Shown here: in pieces, positions 39,434-49,446 of the stretch
Numbering within the stretch: the first letter of the stretch is position 1
How the letters are laid out: every line of letters begins with the position of its first letter
Assembly (NCBI GenBank): GCA_963675665.1
Contig: OY776510.1
Location: 1,472,001-1,536,000 of the forward strand
Length of the DNA: 64,000 nt
Direction: 5' to 3'
Origin: Spirochaetia bacterium
GTDB lineage: Bacteria; Spirochaetota; Spirochaetia; UBA9216
Notes under the pieces: generated by a model
What the model saw: only the letters and a program-made list of their open reading frames with translations
The model's database searches: none
Told to the model about the DNA's origin: nothing
Program-made: the position numbers and the translations under genes

Positions 39434-40560
39434 TTAAAGAGGTGACCGCCAAATCGATTCTGCGAAAAAACAGGCATATTGATTCGTGGTTTCTTTGCTC
39501 ATACGGGATTAACCTGTATCGGGGCTGTACACATAATTGTACGTATTGTGACGGGAGGGACGAAAAATACCAGGTAGAAGGCGATTTCGGAAATGAAATT
39601 TCCGTTAAAATAAACGCCGTCGAACTGCTTGACCGCGAGCTCGATCCGGCACGCAAGCGCAAACCTTTCAATAACGGTTTCATGTTCGTCTGCGGGGGCG
39701 TGAGTGATTCGTACCAGCATTTTGAAAAACAGTACGGACTAACCGGGAGAACACTTGAATTGCTTCTGAAATACGGTCACCCGGTGCATATGCTGACAAA
39801 ATCTACACTGATAAAGCGCGATATAGGATTGCTCGGGCAGATAAGAGAACGAAGCGGCGCAGTAATCAGTTTCAGTTTTTCAACCGTTGACGACAAGCTC
39901 GGGCGCATACTCGAACCCGGCGTTCCTCCCCCGTCTGACAGACTGGAGACGGTTAAACTCTTCAAGGATGCAGGCTTCGCTTGCGGAATGTATCTGATGC
40001 CGGTAGTTCCATTTCTGACGGATTCAGCTGAAATGATTGAGGCCTCGGTTGCGGCGGCGAAAGATGCCGGAATTGATTTTGTCTGTTTCGGAGGCATGAC
40101 GCTGAAACCCGGACGGCAGAAGGATTATTTCATGGATTTTATCAGCCGGGAATTTAACGGATTGCTGCCGAAATATGAAAAGCTGTACGGCAATAACAAC
40201 AGCTGGGGGTCGCCGCCGGCGGATTATGCCCGGATTACCGGCCGTCTTTTTGACAGCGCGGCGACGAGATACCGAATGCCGAAGCGGATGCCGCCGTTTC
40301 TGTGGGCCCCGCTTGTAAGCCGTTCGGAACAGATTATAATTATTCTTGAACAACTCGGCTACCTGGCGGAGCTTAAGGAAAAGAATAATCCCTACACGAG
40401 AGCTGCATGGACCCTCGTTAAGACCGAGAAGCGGCTTGAGGAGCTGGGGACGGATGAACTGAAGCGGTTTTCCGGTATAGGCGGGTTTACCTCGAAAATT
40501 ATACGTGAAATTGCAGAGACAGGCCGCAGTGCATATTATGAAAAGCTGCTGATCGGCTGA
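39430..40560 (+). CDS. SplB/photoproduct-lyase-like radical SAM protein with C-terminal HhH
   Basis: YRGCTHNCTYC, SDSYQ, LTKS, LEPG.P.P..RL, and FSGIG HhH. Confidence 0.88.
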   Translation: MIKEVTAKSILRKNRHIDSWFLCSYGINLYRGCTHNCTYCDGRDEKYQVEGDFGNEISVKINAVELLDRELDPARKRKPFNNGFMFVCGGVSDSYQHFEKQYGLTGRTLELLLKYGHPVHMLTKSTLIKRDIGLLGQIRERSGAVISFSFSTVDDKLGRILEPGVPPPSDRLETVKLFKDAGFACGMYLMPVVPFLTDSAEMIEASVAAAKDAGIDFVCFGGMTLKPGRQKDYFMDFISREFNGLLPKYEKLYGNNNSWGSPPADYARITGRLFDSAATRYRMPKRMPPFLWAPLVSRSEQIIIILEQLGYLAELKEKNNPYTRAAWTLVKTEKRLEELGTDELKRFSGIGGFTSKIIREIAETGRSAYYEKLLIG

Positions 40561-40585
40561 AATTTGAAGATTACCGGAGGAAGAA

Positions 40586-40951
40586 ATGGTTGTAAAAGGA
40601 ATCAATTTCAAGGAGAAGTTTTTGCTTTTCAACGAGTTGTGGAGCCCGAAGTGTATTGCCCGGGTTGATAACTATATAATAAAGATTGCAAAGATAAAGG
40701 ATGACTTTTCATGGCATACCCATGAAACCTGTGATGAAGTCTTTATGGTACATGAAGGCAGCATGAGGATTGATTTGAGAGGTTCGTCGGTCGAACTTTC
40801 GAAAGGTGAACTGTTTGTAGTTGAAAAGGGGCTGGAGCATAAACCGCATGCCGACGAGGTTTGCGAGATTATAATGTTTGAGCGTGAAGATGTTATTAAT
40901 ACCGGCGACAAGGTGAACGATTTCACGAAAAATGAGATGGAGTGGATATAG
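40586..40951 (+). CDS. Cupin domain protein
   Basis: WSPK, WHTHETCDEVF, GELFVV..G.EHKP. Confidence 0.9.
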   Translation: MVVKGINFKEKFLLFNELWSPKCIARVDNYIIKIAKIKDDFSWHTHETCDEVFMVHEGSMRIDLRGSSVELSKGELFVVEKGLEHKPHADEVCEIIMFEREDVINTGDKVNDFTKNEMEWI

Positions 40952-41033
40952 CCGGGCGGAGTTTATAGAAAAACAGAAAAAATTTGATTTTTAAAACTTT
41001 ATCCATAAGATTAAGAATGACGGGTAAAGTAAT

Positions 41034-42053
41034 ATGAAAAAAGATAATAACAAAATCATGAACAGTACCGTTAAAAACATCAATTTAGCCGCTTTAATGA
41101 GTAATCTTCCCGGTATGGTTTACCGCTGCAAGAATGATGAAGACTGGACAATGGAATTTGTCAGCGACGGCTGCCTTGATTTAACGGGTTTTCCTCCGGA
41201 AGCACTGATCGATAACGCATATATTTCTTATGCGGGGTTGATTCATCCGGAAGATCGTTACAGCGTATGGAAAGGCGTTAACGAGGGAATAGAGAACAGC
41301 CGGCCCTTTAAATTAACATACCGTATAGTTACAAACGGCGGTCAGGAAAAGTGGGTTTTTGAACAGGGGCAGGGAATCTTTGAAGAAAGTAATATCCTTT
41401 ATGCAATCGAAGGATTTATCACCGATATCTCCGAGCAAAAAAATGCCGAGAGGCGGCTTTCCGAATCTCTGAAAGATAAAAGCCTTCTGTTGTCAGAAAT
41501 TCACCACAGGGTAAAAAATAATTTTCAGCTGATTATATCAATGCTTGAGCTTCAGAAAAGCTCTGCTCCCGGAGGTAATCGGGATGTTTTTAATGCTGCA
41601 ATTGAGCGGATAAGGGTTTTTTCCGATATGCATCAGGATCTTTATAATTTTGATAAACGCGATGTTATAAATTTCAGTGATCATATACAGAATAATTTCA
41701 AAAACCTTCTGTTGGCATTTCACAATTCTGTTGATAATATAGATCTTGAACTTGAGATGTCTGATGTTTATCTTGATTTTGATACGGCAATACCGCTTGG
41801 CTTGATGATAAATGAGATGATCTCGAATTCACTGAAACATGCAATCAGTGAGCAGGGCGGCTGGATCAAAATATTAATCGAAAAAGATTCTGAAGACGAG
41901 ATAAAAAGAATCAGTTATTCCGACAGCGGCCGGGATATGGGGGAATCTTCGGGCGGTTTCGGGCTGGTTCTGCTGGAAGCCATGGCGCTGCAGCTTGGTC
42001 TTGAAACAAGATTGATTCCGCAAGGTCATGTTAAATATGAATTTACAGGATAA
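41034..42053 (+). CDS. PAS-domain histidine kinase (HisKA_2 type)
   Basis: NLPGMVYRC...IHPED PAS domain; EIHHRVKNNFQ H-box; NEMISNSLKHA; GFG. Confidence 0.9.
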   Translation: MKKDNNKIMNSTVKNINLAALMSNLPGMVYRCKNDEDWTMEFVSDGCLDLTGFPPEALIDNAYISYAGLIHPEDRYSVWKGVNEGIENSRPFKLTYRIVTNGGQEKWVFEQGQGIFEESNILYAIEGFITDISEQKNAERRLSESLKDKSLLLSEIHHRVKNNFQLIISMLELQKSSAPGGNRDVFNAAIERIRVFSDMHQDLYNFDKRDVINFSDHIQNNFKNLLLAFHNSVDNIDLELEMSDVYLDFDTAIPLGLMINEMISNSLKHAISEQGGWIKILIEKDSEDEIKRISYSDSGRDMGESSGGFGLVLLEAMALQLGLETRLIPQGHVKYEFTG

Positions 42054-42077
42054 TTAACGGTCAAACAGGAGCTGTGA

Positions 42078-42677
42078 ATGAGGGTCAGTGTTTTACTGTC
42101 TCATCCCTATTCGGGAAGTTTTAACCACGCGATCTATAAACAGGTTTGCATTAGTCTGAAAAATGAGAATATAAAGGTTTTTTGCCATGATCTCTACGAA
42201 GAAGGATTTGATCCGGTGCTGACGGTCGGTGAACTCGGTAAGGCTCCAACCCGGGATGCTCTTGTCAGGAGGTATGCCGATGAATTAATGTTGTCGGATC
42301 TCCTGGTTTTTATCCACCCTAACTGGTGGGGGCAGCCCCCGGCAATGCTGAAGGGTTATATCGACAGGGTGATAAGGCCTCCGTATGCTTATGATATGCC
42401 GGAAGGTGCGGAAGGCGGTTTGCCGATTCCCGGACTTGAGGGTAAATACGGAATAGTTTTTAATACTTCAAATACCGAAGCAGGACGTGAAAAAGAATAT
42501 TTCGGCGATCCTCTTGAAAACATCTGGGAAAAGTGCGTGTTCGGGTTTTGCGGAATCAGGAAATACCATCGTAGAATGTTCCGAATTGTTTGCGACAGTA
42601 CCGAAGAAGAACGAAAAGGGTGGCTGCGTCAGGTCGACGATGACATCAGAAGAGTTGTAAAAGATTTAGATATATAA
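42078..42677 (+). CDS. Flavodoxin-like NAD(P)H dehydrogenase (quinone)
   Basis: HP..GSFN, DLY...FDP, PNWWGQPPAMLKGYIDRV. Confidence 0.9.
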   Translation: MRVSVLLSHPYSGSFNHAIYKQVCISLKNENIKVFCHDLYEEGFDPVLTVGELGKAPTRDALVRRYADELMLSDLLVFIHPNWWGQPPAMLKGYIDRVIRPPYAYDMPEGAEGGLPIPGLEGKYGIVFNTSNTEAGREKEYFGDPLENIWEKCVFGFCGIRKYHRRMFRIVCDSTEEERKGWLRQVDDDIRRVVKDLDI

Positions 42678-43106
42678 TGCTTCGGGCAGAGTCTCAACAT
42701 AAGCTTTAATTTCATCCCGTACACGGCGGTAGTGAGCAAGAGCCTCTTCTTCGGTTTCGGCAGTTTTTGCCAGGGAGGGAGGATCGTCGAACCCAGTGTG
42801 TATGCGGGTGGTTTTTCCTGGGAAAAACGGGCAGTTTTCATCGGCATGGCCGCAGACAGTTATAACATAATCAAAGACCATACCTTTATCTGTAAATTCA
42901 TTAACATTCTGACTTTTATGGTCTGAGATGTCCACGCCGGCTTCTTTCATAACCTGAACGGCATACGGATTAAGCCCGTGGGTTTCAATTCCGGCGGAAT
43001 AAACATCAATCAAATCGTTCTTTAATGCCCTGGTCCAGCCTTCAGCCATCTGGCTTCTGCATGAATTTCCGGTACAGAGAAACAGCAGCTTTATTTTATT
43101 GTTCAT
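42666..43106 (-). CDS. arsC: Arsenate reductase (thioredoxin-coupled, LMW-PTP fold)
   Basis: CTGNSCRSQMAEG, ITVC..ADENCP, FDDP, VRDEI; GGAGG before ATG 43106. Confidence 0.9.
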   Translation of the reverse strand: MNNKIKLLFLCTGNSCRSQMAEGWTRALKNDLIDVYSAGIETHGLNPYAVQVMKEAGVDISDHKSQNVNEFTDKGMVFDYVITVCGHADENCPFFPGKTTRIHTGFDDPPSLAKTAETEEEALAHYRRVRDEIKAYVETLPEALYI

Positions 43107-43271
43107 TTCAGGGTCCTCCCGGTTCAGTATTGTGAAAACAGTATAACGGCGGAATGGATTTTTCAAGGTGACCGGGGGGCCTGGTTTGTTAGATTATGGT
43201 TAAATATGGATTATCAGATATTCCCGTAAAAAATATGGAAATAGCAATGAAGTTATATTAGAATAACAGCC

Positions 43272-44129
43272 ATGACAGGATTTAATATTTCACTGATTGT
43301 AGCGGCGGCCGCAATAGCCGTTTCTTTTTTTTACGGATTGTTTACCAGGAATTATTCGACTGTAGACAGGCTCTGGTCGGTTCTTCCTCCCGTCTATCTA
43401 TTGATCTGGTTCCGGGATATCGGCTTTAACCCCCGTTATATTGTCGCCTTCTGTCTGGTTGTCTTATGGGGCTCCAGGCTCAGCGTCAACTTTGCCCTGA
43501 AGGGAGGGTACAGGTTTTCATTCAGGCGGGGGTTTACCGGTGAGGATTACAGATGGTCGATTCTTCGCGGTAGAATTAAAAACAGGGCTGTTTTTGAGCT
43601 TTTTAACCTGTTTTTTATAAGCGGGTTTCAATTGTTGCTGATATTTCTTTTTACGACACCGCTCTATTATTACGGAAAAAATAACAGCTCTGTTAATCCG
43701 TTTGAAATACTTCTGTACTGCCTTCATTTTGCTTTTTTGTTCTGTGAAACTGCCGCCGATATTCAGCAGTTGAGGTTCTATCGGCGTAAAAATACAGAAC
43801 CCTGGAAAAATCAGAAACGCTACAGGCTTGGTTTCAATACCTTCGGTCTCTGGCGCTACTCCAGGCATCCGAATTATGTCTGTGAGATGAGCCAGTGGGT
43901 TGTTGTATATTTATACCTCGTCGCCGCATCCGGGACGCTGCATATTACCGGGCTTGGAGCAGTGTTGCTGATTACCCTGTTTGCCGGCAGCACGGTTTTT
44001 GTCGAGTCCGTTACTTTATCAAAGTACCCCGAATACGGTGAATGGCGCAGGCTTTCATCAGTATGGATCCCGTTCAGATCGCTTGTGAAAAAAAAGCAGG
44101 GAGACGAATTCCTGTCTTCAGATAAATAG
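43272..44129 (+). CDS. DUF1295 (steroid 5-alpha-reductase-like) membrane protein
   Basis: VDRLWS, WG.RL, EDYRW, AD.Q, GLWRYSRHPNY. Confidence 0.9.
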   Translation: MTGFNISLIVAAAAIAVSFFYGLFTRNYSTVDRLWSVLPPVYLLIWFRDIGFNPRYIVAFCLVVLWGSRLSVNFALKGGYRFSFRRGFTGEDYRWSILRGRIKNRAVFELFNLFFISGFQLLLIFLFTTPLYYYGKNNSSVNPFEILLYCLHFAFLFCETAADIQQLRFYRRKNTEPWKNQKRYRLGFNTFGLWRYSRHPNYVCEMSQWVVVYLYLVAASGTLHITGLGAVLLITLFAGSTVFVESVTLSKYPEYGEWRRLSSVWIPFRSLVKKKQGDEFLSSDK

Positions 44130-44158
44130 GGAAAGGGTTGCAGGAAGACCTGCCCTGA

Positions 44159-46045
44159 TCATCTTATCAGGCTTAGCGAGAACCAGGGAACGTAGGTAAT
44201 AAGCAGAACCATTGCCAGGAGCACAAGAAAGAAAGGGATGACTCCCCTGTAAATCTTTGCCAGCGGCGTTTCAAACGCGTATGAAGCAAGAAATAGGTTA
44301 AGGCCGACCGGCGGGGTCAGATATCCCAGCTGAAGGTTTGCCAGAAAAATTATTCCAAGCTGTACAGGGTGAATGCCGTACATTTCTCCGAGAGGTATAA
44401 TCAGCGGTGCAACCACCATGATGGCTGAAAAAATATCCATCAGGCAGCCGGTAACAAGCAGTACAACATTCAGAAGCAGCAGGAAAACAAGCGGCGACTC
44501 TACATGAGCGCTGAAGAAATCTGTGAGCATCATGGGCACTTCAGCGTCCACTATAAAATAGGACAGACCTTTTGCCATGGCTATTATCATCAGGACACCG
44601 CCGATTACAGGCAGCGTTTTTTCCATTATTCTGCCCAGGTCCTTAAGTTTCAGTTTGCGGTAAATGAATACCTCAAGAATTATGGAATAAACAACGGCCA
44701 CCGCCCCGGTTTCAACAAGGGTTGTAATTCCTCCGAAATACAACAGCAGGATAATAACCGGGAGAGCAAGATCTCCGGCCGCCCTTTTAACGGCGCCGAA
44801 CCTGCCGGTTCTGTAATCATCGCTTGGCTCGTTTGCGGCGGAATTTCGGAATTCTTCCCTGTTCCGTCTTCTGTAAGAATGGACAATACCCATTACGGAT
44901 AATGCGATGACCAGCACCAGACCCGGAATTATTCCGCCGAGAAACATGTCCATTATGCTTATTTGGGCCTGAATGCTGTACATAATAATCGGCAGACTGG
45001 GCGGAAACAGCAGGCCGATGCTTCCGGCTGAGGTAATATATCCTTTTGTGAACCTTTCGGAGTATTCTCCGCTGTTTAGCATGATATATGAAAGAAGCCC
45101 TCCGAGAGCAAGTATTGTTACTCCGGAAGCTCCGGTAAAAGTTGTGAAGAATGCGCAGACGATAACTGCCATTACGGCCAGACCGCCGGGAAGCTTCCCG
45201 ATAAAGGCCCTGAAAAAATCCACAAGGCGCTCGCCGCTTTTTCCTTCCGATAATATAAACCCCGTAAGAGTGAAGAGCGGTATTGCCGGAATGGCAGTGC
45301 CGGTCAGCAGGTTATAAATTTCGTTAGGAATAACTTCCGGAACGCTCCATGTTCCGGCAAAAAAAACAAGGGCTGCGCCGCCGAGCAGAATAAATATCGG
45401 CAGGCCGAAGACGGTAAGAACAACAAGCAGAAGCACAATGAACAGGTCAGCGGTTTCAAAGAACATGTAATATCCGTCAAGCATGTTTTCAAGCCAGAGC
45501 GGCGGCATGAACGGGGTCAGGTAATACAGGTTCAGTACAGCCGGCAGCGCCAGAAGTATTCCTGTAACGATGCCGGCAGCCAGATGCACCTTTTTTGTGC
45601 TGCGGTCTGTTGTTATAAAACGGATTCCCGATACCGCAAACGATACCGCAATGATTCCGCTGAGAATATTCAGTGATATAAAACCGATTTTCTGATCACT
45701 GTCGAACCCGATTATCGAAAACGACACAGCGGCAACAGCGGCTGCTATTGATACGGCACTTCCGGTAACGGATACCACAGCGGGGATGAATGATTTAAAA
45801 CGGCCTTCCGGCAGGTTGTCCCCGAATCCGAGCGCAATATGCTGTTTTTCCCTTGTGCAAATCATTCCCGCAATCAATGCGGTCCATAAGGTAAGGTGAC
45901 GCAGCAGCTGATCATACTGCGGGATGCCGGAAGAAAAAAATGATCGGACGATCATCTGTATGCAGGGAATAAGGGCTACCGCAAGAAGAGCGGCCCCGGC
46001 CGCCCCGTTTTCGATTCGGCTGAATCTTCCGCCTTTTGTATTCAA
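44159..46045 (-). CDS. TRAP/TPAT transporter fused DctQ-DctM membrane subunit
   Basis: AIPLF, GSIGLLFPPSLP, GYLTPPVGLNLF, with an N-terminal DctQ-like helical region. Confidence 0.92.
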   Translation of the reverse strand: MNTKGGRFSRIENGAAGAALLAVALIPCIQMIVRSFFSSGIPQYDQLLRHLTLWTALIAGMICTREKQHIALGFGDNLPEGRFKSFIPAVVSVTGSAVSIAAAVAAVSFSIIGFDSDQKIGFISLNILSGIIAVSFAVSGIRFITTDRSTKKVHLAAGIVTGILLALPAVLNLYYLTPFMPPLWLENMLDGYYMFFETADLFIVLLLVVLTVFGLPIFILLGGAALVFFAGTWSVPEVIPNEIYNLLTGTAIPAIPLFTLTGFILSEGKSGERLVDFFRAFIGKLPGGLAVMAVIVCAFFTTFTGASGVTILALGGLLSYIMLNSGEYSERFTKGYITSAGSIGLLFPPSLPIIMYSIQAQISIMDMFLGGIIPGLVLVIALSVMGIVHSYRRRNREEFRNSAANEPSDDYRTGRFGAVKRAAGDLALPVIILLLYFGGITTLVETGAVAVVYSIILEVFIYRKLKLKDLGRIMEKTLPVIGGVLMIIAMAKGLSYFIVDAEVPMMLTDFFSAHVESPLVFLLLLNVVLLVTGCLMDIFSAIMVVAPLIIPLGEMYGIHPVQLGIIFLANLQLGYLTPPVGLNLFLASYAFETPLAKIYRGVIPFFLVLLAMVLLITYVPWFSLSLIR

Positions 46046-46048
46046 GGT

Positions 46049-47044
46049 TTAACGGCTCCTGAACTCTTCCAGCATCGAGGCGACTTCGTTATAGCGTTTT
46101 TCTGAAACAAAGCCCCCCGAACCGACAATTGCGGAGTATTTGTCATCAACCAGCTTTTCCCATCTGTTCAGTGTGTCCTCTTCAGGCTTGTTGATGACCA
46201 GTCCGTTATTCATCATGGTTTCGATTGCATTGTTTTCTATCCTGACCGCTTCATTGTAAAAACTGTCGGCTGTGTGTTCGGTAATCCGAAGAAGTTCTTC
46301 CCTGTATTTTTCAGGAATTTTTTTCCAGGCTTTTTCCGAGATTACCACACCTCCGAGAACGGGCGAAACCTTCAGATCCAGCATGTTATCGGCAATACCG
46401 AACCATTGATACGAAGCGGCCATCATCGGTGAAGCATACATTGAATCCACCATTCCGCTCTGAAGTGCCATCAGCGTATCGGGAAGATCGACCGGAATGA
46501 CATTAAAGCCCATTTTCTTAAATGAATCGGCAAGCTCCGGCTGGGTTATAGGGCCTGCAAATTTCATTTCCATCATATCTTCGGGATCAATTATCCGGTC
46601 TTTCGAGAAAAATTTAACCCATCCGGATTTTGACCATGCAAGAACAATAAAACCCTTTTCCAGAAAGGATTCATTAAATATTGGCGTTACCTCTTTCACA
46701 ATAAAGTCAAGCTCATCTTCCGTTTCAAGCATAAACGGCATGCTCATGGCAAATGTATCCGGCAGAATTGCGGTTATCCCGATTGATGACAGGACCGCCA
46801 TATCAATCTGTCCAATCCGCATTTTTCTTATTATATCAGCTTCGCCGCCGGCAATGCCCCCGGGATAAATCCTGATTCTTATTCTTCCGTCGGTTGCTTC
46901 GCGCCATTCTTCAGCCATTTCCTTGAGGGCCCTGTCCCATTCGGTGCCTTCCGGCAGCAGGCTGGACATCTTGAAGTTTAATGCGCCCAATCGGAAAACC
47001 GCGGCGACAATCAGTATAAAAATAATAAATAACCGTTTGTTCAT
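46049..47044 (-). CDS. TRAP/TPAT substrate-binding protein (DctP/TatP type)
   Basis: P.GT.W, IYPGGIAGGE.DIIRKMRIGQ, ALQSGMVD; start MNKRLF after GAGG. Confidence 0.9.
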   Translation of the reverse strand: MNKRLFIIFILIVAAVFRLGALNFKMSSLLPEGTEWDRALKEMAEEWREATDGRIRIRIYPGGIAGGEADIIRKMRIGQIDMAVLSSIGITAILPDTFAMSMPFMLETEDELDFIVKEVTPIFNESFLEKGFIVLAWSKSGWVKFFSKDRIIDPEDMMEMKFAGPITQPELADSFKKMGFNVIPVDLPDTLMALQSGMVDSMYASPMMAASYQWFGIADNMLDLKVSPVLGGVVISEKAWKKIPEKYREELLRITEHTADSFYNEAVRIENNAIETMMNNGLVINKPEEDTLNRWEKLVDDKYSAIVGSGGFVSEKRYNEVASMLEEFRSR

Positions 47045-47045
47045 T

Positions 47046-48062
47046 TTATTCCTCAATACTAATAAAAAATTCTTCAGCATGTTCGAGCATCCAGGCTGCT
47101 TTTTCCTGATATATTGTAATTACAAGCTCATTTTCAGGAACAAGATCCGGATCAATTAAAAGCGCTTTTTGAAGCAGATCGCGGTAAGTTCGGTAATCCT
47201 GAATCTTTACGCAGACTGACGCGGCATAGCTGCAGTATGTTCCGGGATTGTTTCCTTCGGCAAGTTCTATTGCCCTTCTGAAGTGAAAATCAGCCTTTTC
47301 ATCGGCCCTGTCACTGACACCCCTGCTGCTGTAGTAGTTTTCAGTGAATTTTCCGGCTGTTTCAGGCGCGTTTTTAACTGCATTAAAAATATGCGACGAC
47401 GGCATGCTGCTGTAAACCTGTATGAAAACATCATGAATCGCGCCTTTATTGAAGGTTTCATCCAGTTCCAGTGCGCGCAGCAGCATGGCGGTCGGTATGT
47501 AAAGCTTGTTTGCAAGTTCGAAATCAAAAGGATCGCAGCTGTATGCGGCTATCCATCCGCTGGCTGCCCAGTAAAGCATTCCGGCGTCATCAGGCGCGTC
47601 AGGAAGGGCAAGTGCTTTATCAAGCTCTTCATCTGCTACATAAGCTGCAAAGCCGGGGTGCTTCAGTTCAATGGCGTTCAACACGTAGTCTCGGCCCCTG
47701 AAGTACATTTTCTTCGAACGCAGGAGCATTTTTTCCTGTTCAAGATACTCTTCGTCGGGCAGCATTCCGGCCGGGGTCTGAATAAAGGCGTTTGCATACA
47801 TTATAAAGTTTTTGCCGGTGGCATATTGCAGATCGGCATCTTCCGGTTTTGACGCAAGAACCGCTTCGTAGAGTTTCAGAGCCAGCGGAAGAGCCTCGGC
47901 AATAAGCTGCGGATCATCATCCATCGTAAAAATACCGGTTCCGCCCGAGTCCGACGACAGCAGATCGGCCGCGGCATTCATGGCCATATCCTCTATTGAA
48001 ATACAGGACACCGTCAGGAAGAGTGTTATTGCCGCAACTGTAAATATTCTGAACAATTTCAT
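47046..48062 (-). CDS. TatT-like TPR lipoprotein (T component of TPAT system)
   Basis: Lipobox TVSC; DDDPQLIAEALP..LKLYE; YANAF; first gene of a T-P-QM operon as in Treponema TPAT. Confidence 0.85.
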   Translation of the reverse strand: MKLFRIFTVAAITLFLTVSCISIEDMAMNAAADLLSSDSGGTGIFTMDDDPQLIAEALPLALKLYEAVLASKPEDADLQYATGKNFIMYANAFIQTPAGMLPDEEYLEQEKMLLRSKKMYFRGRDYVLNAIELKHPGFAAYVADEELDKALALPDAPDDAGMLYWAASGWIAAYSCDPFDFELANKLYIPTAMLLRALELDETFNKGAIHDVFIQVYSSMPSSHIFNAVKNAPETAGKFTENYYSSRGVSDRADEKADFHFRRAIELAEGNNPGTYCSYAASVCVKIQDYRTYRDLLQKALLIDPDLVPENELVITIYQEKAAWMLEHAEEFFISIEE

Positions 48063-48137
48063 ATATAACAATTATATACTTTATATGTACGAAAAAAAAC
48101 CGGTTTAACAGAAAACTCACGATTCTCTCCATGTGCG

Positions 48138-48166
48138 TTGACTTGTCCGGGGGCAGAGGTTATCAT
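48138..48166 (+). promoter_or_regulatory. pepT promoter (leaderless geometry)
   Basis: TTGACT-17-TATCAT, 7 nt before ATG 48174. Confidence 0.7.
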
Positions 48167-48173
48167 TGCGGAT

Positions 48174-49403
48174 ATGAAAGACGATATACTTGAACGATTT
48201 ATCCGTTATGCACGAATAACAACTACATCGGATATGCATATGGATGTATGCCCTTCAACGGAATGCCAGTGGGATTTGCTTCGGCTTCTCGAGAAGGAAC
48301 TCGGTGAAATGGGACTGAAGGATATCAGCCTGAATGAAAACGGATATCTGATAGCCAGGCTTGAAGCCAATACCGATAAAAAAGTGCCTGTTATAGGTTT
48401 TATGGCGCACGTGGATACATCTTCGGATGTTTCAGGCACCGACGTAGATCCGCAGATTATCAATAACTACGACGGAACCCCGATTGTACTTAAAAACGGA
48501 ATTGTGATAGATCCTTCAGAGGATGAACACCTTGGGAAATACAAAGGCCATACGGTAATTACTTCGGACGGCACAACCTTGCTTGGCGCAGACGACAAGG
48601 CCGGTATTGCCGAAATAATGACGGCGTTAAAATATTTTATTGATAATCCGGAAATTATTCACGGCGCCATTGAAATAATCTTTACCCCCGACGAGGAAAC
48701 CGGGAAGGGCATGGACAGGTTTCCCCGTGAAAAGCTTGAATCGGTTTTCTGTTATACGCTTGACGGCGGAGAAGAGGGCGAGATAGATTCCGAATGCTTC
48801 AACGCTTATGCTGCGGAGGTAAAGTTTGAAGGGCGGGTAATTCATCTCGGAGATGCACGCGGAAGACTGGCTAATGCTGTTACAATGGCTTCATCATTTG
48901 TAAATATGCTTCCCCAGGCGGAAAGTCCCGAAGCGACTGATGAGCGTTTCGGTTATTACTGTCCTCTGGAGCTGAAAGCCGGTCTCGGCGATGCCGAGCT
49001 GGTGATATTTCTTCGGGATTTTGAACTGGCTGAAGTTGAACGCCGCATTGAGACTCTGAAAACCCTCGCGAAAGCGGTCGAGGCTATTTTTCCGGGCGGT
49101 AAAGTTCAGGTAGAGCCAAAAAAACAGTATTTGAATATGCGTGAACATATGGATAAAATACCTGAAGGCATGGACTATCTGCTGAAGGCTGCTGAAGAGG
49201 CAGGGGTGAAAACAACTTCCGAGATTATCCGGGGAGGAACAGACGGGGCCCGTCTGGCCGAAATGGGTATTCCCACTCCGAATGTATTTACCGGAGGACA
49301 TAATTACCACAGCCTGAAGGAATGGGCTGTTCTCAGTACAATGGAGAAATCCTGCAAAACGGTAATCAATCTGATTAAGTTGTGGGCCGGGGCTGAAGTA
49401 TAG
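48174..49403 (+). CDS. pepT: Peptidase T
   Basis: AHVDTS, GTTLLGADDKAG, FTPDEE, IRGGTDG, NYHS; start MKDDILERF. Confidence 0.96.
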   Translation: MKDDILERFIRYARITTTSDMHMDVCPSTECQWDLLRLLEKELGEMGLKDISLNENGYLIARLEANTDKKVPVIGFMAHVDTSSDVSGTDVDPQIINNYDGTPIVLKNGIVIDPSEDEHLGKYKGHTVITSDGTTLLGADDKAGIAEIMTALKYFIDNPEIIHGAIEIIFTPDEETGKGMDRFPREKLESVFCYTLDGGEEGEIDSECFNAYAAEVKFEGRVIHLGDARGRLANAVTMASSFVNMLPQAESPEATDERFGYYCPLELKAGLGDAELVIFLRDFELAEVERRIETLKTLAKAVEAIFPGGKVQVEPKKQYLNMREHMDKIPEGMDYLLKAAEEAGVKTTSEIIRGGTDGARLAEMGIPTPNVFTGGHNYHSLKEWAVLSTMEKSCKTVINLIKLWAGAEV

Positions 49404-49446
49404 TCCCGGGCGTGGTATACTTTTTACAGAAAAGGCGGACTGAATA

